From: Minisyncoccota bacterium
GTDB taxonomy: Bacteria > Patescibacteriota > Minisyncoccia > Phycocordibacterales > UBA9973
NCBI GenBank assembly: GCA_021734995.1
Contig: JAIPHX010000005.1
Span: 4,099-68,098, forward strand
Direction: 5' to 3'
DNA length: 64,000 nt
A program made the translations under genes and the position numbers. The notes beneath the pieces were generated by a model. It did no database searches. It worked only from the letters and a program-made list of their open reading frames with translations, and was not told the DNA's origin. Shown piece by piece: positions 18,146-28,403 of the stretch; the first letter of the stretch is position 1, and the number at the start of each line of letters is the position of its first letter.

Positions 18146-20152
18146 TTATGCCAACAAATAATCTATTGTTTTTCTTTCTAAATCCACCTTCCTTACTTTT
18201 ATCTTTATTGTATCACCAAGTCTGTAACTTTTCTTCTTTTTCTCTCCCACTAATTTCATTTTACGTTCATCAAATACATAAAAATCATCATGTAATTCTC
18301 GGACACTTATAAGTCCTTCGCATTTTGTTTCTTTTTCTTCTACATATATACCCCATTCTTTAATACCACTTATTATACCTTCAAATTTTTTACCAATTCT
18401 TTGAGACATATATTCTACTTGTTTATATTTTATAGAGGCTCTTTCTGCATCGGATGCTCTTTTTTCTTGCTCTGAAGATTTTCTAGAGATTTCTTCATAC
18501 TCTTTCATTTTTTCTGTTTTTATTTTTTCTCCAGATAAATAAGCTTCCAACATTCTGTGTACAATTATATCAGGATATCTCCTAATAGGAGATGTAAAAT
18601 GTGTATAATAGTTGAATGCCAAACCATAGTGCCCAATATTTTTTGTTGAATATACTGCTTTTGCCATAGAACGAATAACCGCTTTGTGTACAGCGTCCTT
18701 TTCATCTTTACCAGATAATTCTTCTAAAATAGTATTTATCTCTTTACTAGGAATTAATCCATTTTTTAGACTTACTTTGTATCCAATACTTGTCAAAAAA
18801 GAAAATAAATCTGCCATCTTTTCTTCGCTTGGTTTGTCGTGTATTCTATATACAAATACACCTTTTTCTCCATTTTTTTTGTTTGTAGAATTTGAGACTT
18901 TCTCAGCCACTTTTCTATTTGCTAATAGCATAAACTCTTCTATTAGTCGGTTGGAATCTCCTCGTGTTTTCTTGACTACCTTTAATGGAAAACCATTACT
19001 GTCTAGAACAAATTTTACTTCTTCTTGGTCTAGTGATATTGCTCCTTTTTCAAATCTTTCTTTGGTGAGTTTTTTTGCAATTTTATTTAAAAAAGAAAGC
19101 TCCGAATGTAAGTAAGCATTTTTGTTTTTTATAGAGACCTCTGCTTCCTCATAGGTAAATCTTTTTTGAGAATGGATGATTGTTTTTCCATACCATTCAT
19201 TTTTTACATTTCCATTTTGATTCATTACAAAGACAGCACTCATTGTAAGTCTATCTTTGTCAGGCATTAAGGAACATAAGTCATTGGATAGATTTTCTGG
19301 TAACATTGGAATTGTTCGATCCACTAAATACACTGAAGTTCCTCTGTTTCTAGCTTCAATATCAAGTTGGCTGTCTTTTTTTACATAGTGTGACACATCT
19401 GCAATATGAATACCTATTTCGTATTCATCTTCATTTATTTTTTTGAAAGATATAGCATCATCAAAATCTTTTGCATCGTTTGGGTCTATTGTGAAAGTTA
19501 GAGTTCCTCTAAAATCTTTTCTGCCAGCGAAATCGTTTTTTGTGATACCTGTGTTCTTTATTTTTTCAGCTTCTATCTCTGCTTCTTTTGAAAGATTGAA
19601 AGCAAAGCCTTTTTCTAAAGAGATTGCGTGCATTTCTGTCTCGTTTGTTCCAGGTTTTCCAATCACTTTATCTATCCTACCTTCCGGTAATTTTTTTGGA
19701 TCCTTCCAGTAAGTGATCGTCCCAAATACTTTCTCACCATTCTTTGCCCCATTTAAAGATTTTTCAGGAATGAGTATATCAATATACATTTTTGAATCAT
19801 CAGGGTGAAGATAAAAAAGATCTTTTTCTTTTTCTAATATCCCCACAAAACTATTTTTATATCTATTTAATATTTCAATAACTTCTCCTTTTGGTTTTTC
19901 GCCTTTCTTGGGAAAAATAACAAAAGACACAAGATCCCCATTTAGAGCAGTATTTAAATAAATAGACTCTATTTCAACATCATTTCCTGTTTCTGTTTTA
20001 ATAAAGCCGACACCTTTTGAATTTAGGTTTATTACACCTTCAGATTTGTTTGTAAATAAAGGCTTATCATGTAGCCCTTTTTTGTGCTTGTAAGAAGACT
20101 CTTTTTGATGCTTATTTTTTGTATTATTTTTCATGCAATTTAAATATACCAT
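18146..20152 (-). CDS. rnr: ribonuclease R (RNB family 3'-5' exoribonuclease)
   Basis: RNB-domain motifs (DPNDAKDFDDAISF, HYGLAFNYYTHFTSPIRRYPD), cold-shock/OB regions and a C-terminal S1 domain. Confidence 0.85.
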   Translation of the reverse strand: MVYLNCMKNNTKNKHQKESSYKHKKGLHDKPLFTNKSEGVINLNSKGVGFIKTETGNDVEIESIYLNTALNGDLVSFVIFPKKGEKPKGEVIEILNRYKNSFVGILEKEKDLFYLHPDDSKMYIDILIPEKSLNGAKNGEKVFGTITYWKDPKKLPEGRIDKVIGKPGTNETEMHAISLEKGFAFNLSKEAEIEAEKIKNTGITKNDFAGRKDFRGTLTFTIDPNDAKDFDDAISFKKINEDEYEIGIHIADVSHYVKKDSQLDIEARNRGTSVYLVDRTIPMLPENLSNDLCSLMPDKDRLTMSAVFVMNQNGNVKNEWYGKTIIHSQKRFTYEEAEVSIKNKNAYLHSELSFLNKIAKKLTKERFEKGAISLDQEEVKFVLDSNGFPLKVVKKTRGDSNRLIEEFMLLANRKVAEKVSNSTNKKNGEKGVFVYRIHDKPSEEKMADLFSFLTSIGYKVSLKNGLIPSKEINTILEELSGKDEKDAVHKAVIRSMAKAVYSTKNIGHYGLAFNYYTHFTSPIRRYPDIIVHRMLEAYLSGEKIKTEKMKEYEEISRKSSEQEKRASDAERASIKYKQVEYMSQRIGKKFEGIISGIKEWGIYVEEKETKCEGLISVRELHDDFYVFDERKMKLVGEKKKKSYRLGDTIKIKVRKVDLERKTIDYLLA

Positions 20153-20191
20153 AAAATTTGCCTTTTTATTGATTTATGTTAATATTGTCGT

Positions 20192-20500
20192 ATGTTGAAA
20201 ATTAGATTGCAAAGAATAGGAAGGAAGAACGACCCAGCCTTTAGAGCTGTTTTGACTGATTCTAAAAACGGCACAAAGAGCGGGAGATTTTTGGAAGTTG
20301 TAGGTTCATATAACCCAAAGAAAGGGGAGACTCTTTTCAAGACAGAAAGAATCCAATACTGGATTAGTAAGGGAGCAAAACTTTCAGATACGATGCACAA
20401 TTTCCTAGTAAGTCAAAAAGTAATTCCAGGTAAAAAAATAAATGTTTTGCCGAAGAAAAGTCCTACTAAGAAAAGAAAAGAAATTAAAACTGCAAAATAA
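20192..20500 (+). CDS. rpsP: 30S ribosomal protein S16
   Basis: MLKIRLQRIGRKNDPAFRAVLTDSKNGTKSGRFLEVVGSYNP. Confidence 0.85.
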   Translation: MLKIRLQRIGRKNDPAFRAVLTDSKNGTKSGRFLEVVGSYNPKKGETLFKTERIQYWISKGAKLSDTMHNFLVSQKVIPGKKINVLPKKSPTKKRKEIKTAK

Positions 20501-20518
20501 ATTGCAGTTTTAATTTTC
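20488..20518 (+). terminator. weak intrinsic terminator overlapping the rpsP stop
   Basis: Hairpin ACTGCAAaataaaTTGCAGT followed by tttaatttt. Confidence 0.35.
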
Positions 20519-20624
20519 TAACTTGCACATCTTTATATAAATAATATATAATACACTAACTGCAGTGATATGTAATTTTGGTCGTAACACTGCTTTTATA
20601 TTAGAAATTAAACCGCTTCACATT

Positions 20625-20951
20625 ATGCAAGAAACCGACAAGGAATTTCTAGAATATGTGGTGAAAGCTCTTGTAGACAATCCGAACGATGTAAAAATCG
20701 ATCGTAGTGTAGACGAGATGGGTGTACTTATCACTCTTTCTGTTAATCCTGCCGATATGGGTAAGATTATTGGAAGAATGGGTAACACTGCTAAAGCTAT
20801 CCGCACTCTTCTTAGAATCATTGGTATGAAGAATAATGCTCGCGTTAACTTAAAAATTAATGAACCAGAAGGGAGTTCAAGACCAGTTAGTACTACTTCT
20901 GACTCATTAAAAACAGTTGATCAAGCAATGGAAGATTTGAAGGGTATTTAA
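20625..20951 (+). CDS. KH-domain RNA-binding protein (YlqC/UPF0109-like) with a C-terminal extension
   Basis: GVLITLSVNPADMGKIIGRMGNTAKAIRTLLRIIG is a KH type II motif. Its position after rpsP is conserved. The start is probably the ATG at 20625 rather than 20565. Confidence 0.65.
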   Translation: MQETDKEFLEYVVKALVDNPNDVKIDRSVDEMGVLITLSVNPADMGKIIGRMGNTAKAIRTLLRIIGMKNNARVNLKINEPEGSSRPVSTTSDSLKTVDQAMEDLKGI

Positions 20952-20977
20952 TATCCAGAACGATCAGGCTAAACAAA

Positions 20978-21020
20978 AACAAAAGACTATGGTATAAATC
21001 CATAGTCTTTTGTTTTTTTT
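20978..21020 (+). terminator. intrinsic terminator after the KH-protein gene
   Basis: Hairpin AAAAGACTATGGtataaatcCATAGTCTTTTgtttttttt. Confidence 0.6.
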
Positions 21021-21057
21021 TGTGTAATACAGAACAAAAGAGTAGAATATTAAAAAG

Positions 21058-21717
21058 ATGAAATTTCATATAATTACAATTTTTCCGGAAACCTTTGATT
21101 CTTATTTAAAAGAATCTATCATTGGGCGGGCGATTACAAAAAAGCTGATATCTGTAAAATTTTACAATCCTAGAGATTTTGTTAAACCTTCCAGCAACAA
21201 CCTTCGTCCAATAGACGATCGTCCTTATGGAGGTGGTCCTGGAATGGTAATGAGAGCAGATCCGATGATCAAGGCAATAGAAAAAGCGAGTAAGTCTTGC
21301 AAAAAGAAACCAAAGATTATAATTTTTAGCCCATCTGGTAAAAACTTTGATACTGAATATGCAAAAAAGATGGGCAAAAAAGATTCACAAGATATTATTT
21401 TGATTTGTGGAAGGTATGAAGGGATTGATGCTCGTGTGCAGAAAATTTTTAAAGCAGAAAGTATTTCCGTAGGGGATTATGTTTTAACTGGAGGAGAACT
21501 TCCTGCAATGATTTTAATTGATAGTATTTCTAGACAGATCAAAGGAGTGCTTGGCAAATATGAATCTTTAGAAGAAGAGAGAGTATCTTCTAGTGAGGTA
21601 TATACTAGACCAGAAGTGTTGGAATACAAAGGAAAAAAGCACAGGGTCCCAAAAGTGCTTTTGTCTGGGGATCATAAAAAGATAGATGCTTGGAAAAGTA
21701 AAGGGAGGGGTTTATAA
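21058..21717 (+). CDS. trmD: tRNA (guanine37-N1)-methyltransferase
   Basis: MKFHIITIFPETF...DDRPYGGGPGMVM and the SPOUT knot motifs. No rimM or rplS flank it. Confidence 0.85.
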   Translation: MKFHIITIFPETFDSYLKESIIGRAITKKLISVKFYNPRDFVKPSSNNLRPIDDRPYGGGPGMVMRADPMIKAIEKASKSCKKKPKIIIFSPSGKNFDTEYAKKMGKKDSQDIILICGRYEGIDARVQKIFKAESISVGDYVLTGGELPAMILIDSISRQIKGVLGKYESLEEERVSSSEVYTRPEVLEYKGKKHRVPKVLLSGDHKKIDAWKSKGRGL

Positions 21718-21749
21718 TATGGGTATTGTAACTAACGTCTTATATTTAT

Positions 21750-23729
21750 ATGGTAAATAACAGAGAAAATATTCCAACAGCAAAGTCATTAGGGTATAAA
21801 GACTTAAATTCATTTAAAAAACCAAAAGGCAAGAATGGAAAAGAGAAAAAAGAACAAGAATATAGTCTTGCAGATAAGGTAGCTATTGTTGCTAAAATTT
21901 TTGTCACACTTTCTGTGTTAAATTTATTACATTTAGCCTATAAAAATGCGACAAAAGAAATTTTTGACTTAAATGGGTATAAATATACTTCTGAACAGAT
22001 GTTTAATATTGCCAAAACACAACCTAAAAGATTTTTGCAAAATATTGAATTTTTTAAAAATGTTCCTGAGCTGAATTTCATAGAAGAAATAATAGAATCT
22101 GCTCGAAAAGAACCTGATTACTTTATGTATAACAATGAATACATTAAAGAAATATTACCAGCAGATAAATGGAATAGTTTGGTAGAAAATTTATTGATTA
22201 CAAATTCATATAAAGCTGTTGAAAATCCTATATACAAAAGATTGTTGGATGAGATCAAAGAACCAAAATCAAAAGAAATTAAGGTTTTACAAAATATTGA
22301 TAATCCTAAAATTGCTCTTTTTTTAAAAAAAATAACCAAAGATGGTTGGACTAAAGAAATGGTAGAAAAAATAATAACAGATGACAAACTTTTTTTTAAA
22401 GCTTTGGTTCAGGCTAGATCAGATATTGATGTTTTAAGTGAAGAGTATTTGGAAATATATTTAAGAGATCTTTCTTTAAGAAACATATTGACGGTCAATG
22501 AATTGCACGATCAAAACGATCAGATAAGGTTTGCTTCCCTCGATGGTATATCGGCAAAAGAATTATATACTCTCCTTGTGTATGGAGAAGAAGAAATATT
22601 CACATCTTCTTTTAATGAAATATTTTCTCGCTTATTAGAAAATATGAAAAAGGAAAACATAAATGGCAAAGACTTACTTAAGCAAGTAGGGATGAACAAA
22701 TTTAGGATTTTCATTAAAGAATGCGCTAGTTTTAATAGGTTAAATGAATATTTAGCAACTCTAAACAAAAAAGATAGTGAAGAATTGATGACTAGTATTG
22801 TAAAAGATATTTCTCCAATTGCACAGAATTTAGATCAAGCCATTGCGGTAGCTGATATTTTTAGTGTAGTTACTGATACTAGAATTTTAGGAATATTACA
22901 AAAACAAATTAAGTTAGAATATGAAAAAATTAAAGTCTCAGAAGATGCAAGAATAGAAGATGAGGTAGCGTATAGAATCCTAGCTGGTATGTTTGGTAAT
23001 AAAATAGTGGTTGAGAAAGATTGGTTTGAAGATATGGTAAAAAATTTTGGGGTGGAAGATATTTCTAAAGTAGAATCTAAAGATCTTGTGAATAAAGATA
23101 ATATTAACATCCAACAATATTATTTTTATAATGATGAAGATGGTATTGCATCTTTTTATAATTTTTTGAATCAATATAAAAATAGAAAGGAGTGGGAAGT
23201 GATCTTGGAAAAGGGGTTTGTTTTGATTAAATCAAAAAAAGAAAGCAAAATAAAAATAGAAATATATGCTAACTATCCAAGTTCGGGAGAGGAGGGGTCT
23301 AGTGTCATAGAAAAATATTTTCATGAAAATAAAATAGAGCCCTTGATAGCAGTTCATCGGGGGCATAGTTACTATGTGCATAACACATTAAATAGAATAA
23401 ATGATAAGGTTAAAATTGTGCATTTAGGATCTTGTGGTGGATATAATACAATGGGAGAAATTTTAGAAAGAATACCAGATGCTCAAGTTATCTCTACCAA
23501 AGGTACAGGAAAAATGTCTATTAATGATTTTTTGTTAAAAGCCTTAAATGAAGAAATATTGACCGGAGAAAAGATTGTATGGCAAAAATTTTGGGATAAA
23601 ATCCATTCTAAATTAAAAGACGATTCTCAATTTAAAAATTATATACCACCTCATAAAAATTTAGGATTAATCTTCCTAAAAACATACAATCAAGAGTTAG
23701 ATAAAGCATATACAAATTATTGGGAGTGA
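21750..23729 (+). CDS. large hypothetical protein (659 aa), K/E/N-rich, possibly with an N-terminal membrane segment
   Basis: Long ORF with lineage-typical composition and no recognisable catalytic motif. Confidence 0.5.
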   Translation: MVNNRENIPTAKSLGYKDLNSFKKPKGKNGKEKKEQEYSLADKVAIVAKIFVTLSVLNLLHLAYKNATKEIFDLNGYKYTSEQMFNIAKTQPKRFLQNIEFFKNVPELNFIEEIIESARKEPDYFMYNNEYIKEILPADKWNSLVENLLITNSYKAVENPIYKRLLDEIKEPKSKEIKVLQNIDNPKIALFLKKITKDGWTKEMVEKIITDDKLFFKALVQARSDIDVLSEEYLEIYLRDLSLRNILTVNELHDQNDQIRFASLDGISAKELYTLLVYGEEEIFTSSFNEIFSRLLENMKKENINGKDLLKQVGMNKFRIFIKECASFNRLNEYLATLNKKDSEELMTSIVKDISPIAQNLDQAIAVADIFSVVTDTRILGILQKQIKLEYEKIKVSEDARIEDEVAYRILAGMFGNKIVVEKDWFEDMVKNFGVEDISKVESKDLVNKDNINIQQYYFYNDEDGIASFYNFLNQYKNRKEWEVILEKGFVLIKSKKESKIKIEIYANYPSSGEEGSSVIEKYFHENKIEPLIAVHRGHSYYVHNTLNRINDKVKIVHLGSCGGYNTMGEILERIPDAQVISTKGTGKMSINDFLLKALNEEILTGEKIVWQKFWDKIHSKLKDDSQFKNYIPPHKNLGLIFLKTYNQELDKAYTNYWE

Positions 23730-23789
23730 TTTGATTTACTTTCTGTATATTGTATAATTAATGCATTATAAGTTAGTCATTTTAATTAT

Positions 23790-24950
23790 ATGGGAATAGA
23801 AAATATAGAAGGGATGAGAGGGCCAGAGGGAAGTAAGGCTCCTTTGGTGAAAAAAGAAGGACCAACTGATGACCCTATAAATAAAGATTTTAGTTTAAAA
23901 GAACTACTTGACCGAAAAAGAGGGATTGAATTAATGTACCATAATTTTATGGGTCCATTTTCTCAATTTAATGAGTTGGTTAAAAAAATTAAAAATAAAG
24001 AAGATTTTAAGAATGTTGTAGTAAAAATTAAAGAACACTTAAAAAAGTATTCCACTGAAGTGCTTTTGAATAATCTTGAAAATGAAGAACAAAAAGTACA
24101 AGCTAAAGTGGATGAAAAAGATGAAGATTACAAAATAAATCCTGCAAACTACATGTCTTCTTGGATAGCTTCTTTGCAACAATTGATGGCCAAAGGGGTA
24201 AATGAATATACAGAGAGAGTATTTGTGCCCTTGCAAAATCAATTATTAAGAGATATGGAAGAGCATTATGGTGAAAGAATTTCTGAGATTGAAAAAAAAG
24301 AATCAAAAGATGCATTAAAATTAGAATCATTAGATCGTGTTTTGTCTAGTATTAATTACTTTGCTGTGCCTAAAGGAGCTTTTTTTAGTATGCAAAATGA
24401 AACATACAATGAAGATATTTTAGAGATAGTGTATAAAAATGATAGCTTTACAGTAGAAGATAAAACCTTTTCTAAAAAAATAGAAGAGTTGGAGAATTTT
24501 AATAAACTTTTAAAAGACAATTTTGATAAAAAGATGCAAAAACTTAAAGAAGAGAAAAAACCTCTTTGGAAAATTTGGCAGTCAAAAGAGTCTTTTGAAA
24601 ATAGAAAAAAAGAAAAGATAGAGTTACAAAGAGAATCTTTCGAAGAAAACGAGGGGTATACAGCTAAAGTTGATCTTCAAGAAGCAAAAGATATGAAAAA
24701 GATAATAGAAAATAAAATTTTGAATACTTTTATTGAAATTAAATCTAAATTTGCTTCACCTGATGATTTTAAAATATTCTTAGGAAGAATAAAAAATTAT
24801 AAAGATTTTATCGTACAAACCAAGAGCTTTTTAGAAAAATCTATTACAGATATTTCTTTAACAAAAGATGAAAGCGAATTACTAGGCTTGTATAGAGATA
24901 TTCAAGGTTTTAGTTCCACCCCTAATTCTATGACTACTACTTTTGAGTAA
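23790..24950 (+). CDS. hypothetical K/E-rich protein (386 aa)
   Basis: ORF of low-complexity charged sequence. Confidence 0.45.
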   Translation: MGIENIEGMRGPEGSKAPLVKKEGPTDDPINKDFSLKELLDRKRGIELMYHNFMGPFSQFNELVKKIKNKEDFKNVVVKIKEHLKKYSTEVLLNNLENEEQKVQAKVDEKDEDYKINPANYMSSWIASLQQLMAKGVNEYTERVFVPLQNQLLRDMEEHYGERISEIEKKESKDALKLESLDRVLSSINYFAVPKGAFFSMQNETYNEDILEIVYKNDSFTVEDKTFSKKIEELENFNKLLKDNFDKKMQKLKEEKKPLWKIWQSKESFENRKKEKIELQRESFEENEGYTAKVDLQEAKDMKKIIENKILNTFIEIKSKFASPDDFKIFLGRIKNYKDFIVQTKSFLEKSITDISLTKDESELLGLYRDIQGFSSTPNSMTTTFE

Positions 24951-25085
24951 GTTTTAATAAAAAAGTTTGGTAAGTATATTTATTAAAAGTTTTTTAGAAG
25001 TTTTGTGATTTTAAATATGTTGATTGTAATTTCAAAAAAAATAACTATCACCTCTCTGTCACATATATTAAATGTATACAAAAGT

Positions 25086-25113
25086 TTGACAAAACATATT
25101 TTATAAGTATACT
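25086..25113 (+). promoter_or_regulatory. candidate sigma-70-type promoter upstream of rpoB
   Basis: TTGACA, a 16-nt spacer, then TATACT. A short hairpin and T-run (AGGGTttaagACCCTtttttt, about 25168-25188) lies between it and the start codon. Confidence 0.35.
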
Positions 25114-25203
25114 TATAAATAACGATTGAGTTTTGGATGTCTCCTTTATTATTAATTTAACTTAAATAGGGTTTAAGACCCTTTTTTGTCTTTATTTCTA
25201 TAT

Positions 25204-28200
25204 ATGCAAAAAGAAACACAGCGTCCAAAAAAGTATTTCTCAAGGTATAAAAAACCCCTTGTAAAGTTTCCTAATTTAATAGAATCCCAAGTAGAATCTT
25301 TCAAATGGCTTGTGGAAAAAGGTATTGGTGAAGTTTTTAAAGAATTTTCTCCAATCTCCGATTATTCAGGCAAAAAATTTCAATTAGAATTTTTGTCTTT
25401 TTCTTTGTCTGAGCCAAAAAATGATGAGACTTATTCCAAGGTGAATAAGCTTTCTTATCAAGGTTTACTTAAAGCAAGAGTAAAATTGATAAATAAGATT
25501 CATGGTTCTGAAAAAGAACAAGAGATATTTATGTCTGAATTTCCTCTTATGACTTCTCATGGAACATTCATCATAAATGGAGTAGAAAGGACTATCGTCC
25601 CTCAGCTTGCTAGATCTTTTGGTGTATTCTTTACACAATCCGAAAACAAAGGCAAGTCTTTCTTTGGAGCAAAAATTATTCCTGCAAGAGGTGTGTGGAT
25701 TGAGATAGAGTCTGAAGCAGATGGTGGTGCATATGTAAGAATTGATAAAAAAAGAAAATTCCCAGCTTCAATGCTTTTGAAAGCAGTAGGATATACCGAT
25801 GAGGCACAGATTTTAAATGTATTCCCTAAGAATCCTATTTGGGAAGAAGGTATAAAAAATTGTTTGCAAAAAGATTCTTCTAAAACATTAGAAGACTCAT
25901 ATATTGAAATATATAAAAGATTAAGAGATGGAGATATGGCTGCCGCTGAGAATGCCAAAGAGTTTATAGATTCTTTGTTTACCCCAGAAAGATACGACCT
26001 TTCTCCTGTGGGAAGATATAGATTCAACAAAAGATTTGAAAAAGAAATGACTCCAAAAGATTTGGAGCGTCGCACTCTTTCAAAAGAAGATTTGGCTTTA
26101 GTTTTGCTCAATATTTTTACTTTGAATGCTACCCCAAATGCAAAACCAGATGATATAGATCACTTGGGGCAAAGAAGGGTGCGTTTTGTGGGTGAAATGC
26201 TTCAACAAAAAGTTCGTACTGGTATGATGCAGATTAAAAGAAATATTCAAGACAGAATGTCTATTATTGATGCAGATACTGCAGTACCTATCAATATCAT
26301 CAACCAAAGACCACTTCAAGCTCGTGTAAAAGAATTTTTTACTACAAACCAATTGTCTCAATTTATGAACCAAGAAAATATTCTTGCGGAAATGGAGCAT
26401 ATTCGTTTGCTTTCTGCTTTAGGTCCAGGTGGACTTACTCGTGAAAGAGCAGGATTGGAAGTGCGTGACGTGCACCCTTCTCACTATGGTAGAGTTTGTC
26501 CTATTCACACTCCTGAAGGTCCAAACATTGGTCTTATCCTCCACTTAGCTACCTATGCAAAAGTAAATGAATTTGGAATAATTGAGACCCCTTATATAAA
26601 AGTAAAAAATGGAAAGATTACTGATGAGATTGTGTATTTGAATGCTCTTGAAGAAGAAAAAGTAAATATTGCACATGCTGGAGTAAATTATGACGAAAGT
26701 GGAAAATTAACTGACGAATTTGTAGCATCTAGAGTAAAAACTCAACCAAGTATGATTTCTCCTGAGGAAGTAGAATATATAGATGTTGCTCCAAATCAAG
26801 CATTTTCTATTGCTACTTCTATGATTCCATTTTTGGAACATGATGATGCCAACAGAGCATTGATGGGATCAAACATGCAGAAACAAGCAGTGCCTTGTAT
26901 TTCTCCAGAAGCTCCTTTAGTTTCTACGGGAATAGAGGATCTTGCTTCTAGGGATTCTGGTAGGTTGATTTTGTCAGAAGAAGAAGGAACTGTTACTTAT
27001 GTAGATGCAAGAAAAATAACAGTACAAGGTAAGACTGAAAAAACATATACCCTTGTAAATTATCTTAGAAATAATAATTTCTCTGCTTTCCATCAACGCC
27101 CATCAGTAGATGTTGGAGATAAAGTAAAAAAAGGAAGTGTTTTGGCTGATACTACAAGTACCGTAAATGGTCAGATTTCTATTGGACAAAATATTTTTGT
27201 TGCATTTCTTTCTTGGTTTGGATCCAATTATGAGGATGCGATTATCCTTTCTGAAAAATTGGTAAAAAAGAGCAAATTTACTTCTGTATATGTAGAAGAA
27301 TTTATTTGTGTTGTACGTGATACAAAACTTGGGCCAGAAGTCACCACGAGAGATATTCCAAATGTGGGTGAATTAAAATTAAAAGATCTTGATGAAGATG
27401 GAGTGGTCAGAGTGGGAGCTGAAGTAAGAGAAAATGATATTTTGGTAGGTAAAATTACACCAAAAGGAGAAACAGAACTTACTCCAGAGGAAAGACTCTT
27501 GAGATCTATTTTTGCTGAGAAGGCTAGAGATGTAAAAGATACTTCTTTGAGAATGGAACACGGAAAGAAAGGTAGAATCATCGGAGTAAAAATCTTTTCT
27601 AGAGATTTGGGACATACACTAGAAGCAGGTATTATAAAGAAAATAGTAATTGAAGTTGCTCAAGTAAGAAATATTTCTGTTGGAGATAAACTTTCTGGAA
27701 GACATGGAAACAAAGGAGTTATTTCTATAATACTTCCAGAAGAAGATATGCCATATATGGCAGACGGTACACCTGTAGATATCATTCTTTCGCCTCTTGG
27801 TGTGCCTTCTCGTATGAACTTGGGACAAATTTTGGAAATGCATTTGGGAATGGCTGCAAATTCTTTGGGTTACCAAGCTGTAGTTCCTCCTTTCTTGGGA
27901 GTTAAACATGATGAAATTAAAAATGAATTAAAAGAAGCAGGTTTCCCTGAAAATGGAAGAGTGACTTTGTATGATGGACGTACCGGAGATGCTTTTAATC
28001 AAGATGTAGCAGTAGGATATATGTATATGCTCAAATTGCACCATATGGTAGAAGATAAAATACATATGCGTTCTATTGGACCTTACTCACTTATTACCCA
28101 ACAACCACTTGGTGGAAAAGCTCAAGGTGGAGGACAAAGATTTGGAGAAATGGAAGTATGGGCATTGGAGGGTTATGGAGCAGCTTATACTTTGCGTGAA

Positions 28201-28398
28201 ATGCTTACAATAAAATCTGATGATATATCTGGTCGTTCTCAGGCATTTGATTCCATTATCAAAAACGAAGTTATTAGACCTCCATCATCACCAGCATCTT
28301 TCAATGTGCTTTTGAATTATTTAAGAGGTTTGGCTTTGGATGTAAATTTAAAAAAATCTAACCCTTCAATTAAAAACGAAGAGAATGATAATAATTAA
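25204..28398 (+). CDS. rpoB: DNA-directed RNA polymerase beta subunit, compact (about 1064 aa)
   Basis: Conserved blocks GPGGLTRERAGLEVRDVHPSHYGRVCPI and GDKLSGRHGNKGVIS. The probable start is the ATG at 25204. Confidence 0.9.
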   Translation: MQKETQRPKKYFSRYKKPLVKFPNLIESQVESFKWLVEKGIGEVFKEFSPISDYSGKKFQLEFLSFSLSEPKNDETYSKVNKLSYQGLLKARVKLINKIHGSEKEQEIFMSEFPLMTSHGTFIINGVERTIVPQLARSFGVFFTQSENKGKSFFGAKIIPARGVWIEIESEADGGAYVRIDKKRKFPASMLLKAVGYTDEAQILNVFPKNPIWEEGIKNCLQKDSSKTLEDSYIEIYKRLRDGDMAAAENAKEFIDSLFTPERYDLSPVGRYRFNKRFEKEMTPKDLERRTLSKEDLALVLLNIFTLNATPNAKPDDIDHLGQRRVRFVGEMLQQKVRTGMMQIKRNIQDRMSIIDADTAVPINIINQRPLQARVKEFFTTNQLSQFMNQENILAEMEHIRLLSALGPGGLTRERAGLEVRDVHPSHYGRVCPIHTPEGPNIGLILHLATYAKVNEFGIIETPYIKVKNGKITDEIVYLNALEEEKVNIAHAGVNYDESGKLTDEFVASRVKTQPSMISPEEVEYIDVAPNQAFSIATSMIPFLEHDDANRALMGSNMQKQAVPCISPEAPLVSTGIEDLASRDSGRLILSEEEGTVTYVDARKITVQGKTEKTYTLVNYLRNNNFSAFHQRPSVDVGDKVKKGSVLADTTSTVNGQISIGQNIFVAFLSWFGSNYEDAIILSEKLVKKSKFTSVYVEEFICVVRDTKLGPEVTTRDIPNVGELKLKDLDEDGVVRVGAEVRENDILVGKITPKGETELTPEERLLRSIFAEKARDVKDTSLRMEHGKKGRIIGVKIFSRDLGHTLEAGIIKKIVIEVAQVRNISVGDKLSGRHGNKGVISIILPEEDMPYMADGTPVDIILSPLGVPSRMNLGQILEMHLGMAANSLGYQAVVPPFLGVKHDEIKNELKEAGFPENGRVTLYDGRTGDAFNQDVAVGYMYMLKLHHMVEDKIHMRSIGPYSLITQQPLGGKAQGGGQRFGEMEVWALEGYGAAYTLREMLTIKSDDISGRSQAFDSIIKNEVIRPPSSPASFNVLLNYLRGLALDVNLKKSNPSIKNEENDNN

Positions 28399-28403
28399 AA
28401 AAT

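Noticed and set aside
25602-26111. Minus-strand ORF of 169 aa
   Set aside because: It lies entirely inside rpoB, antisense, and is a chance ORF.
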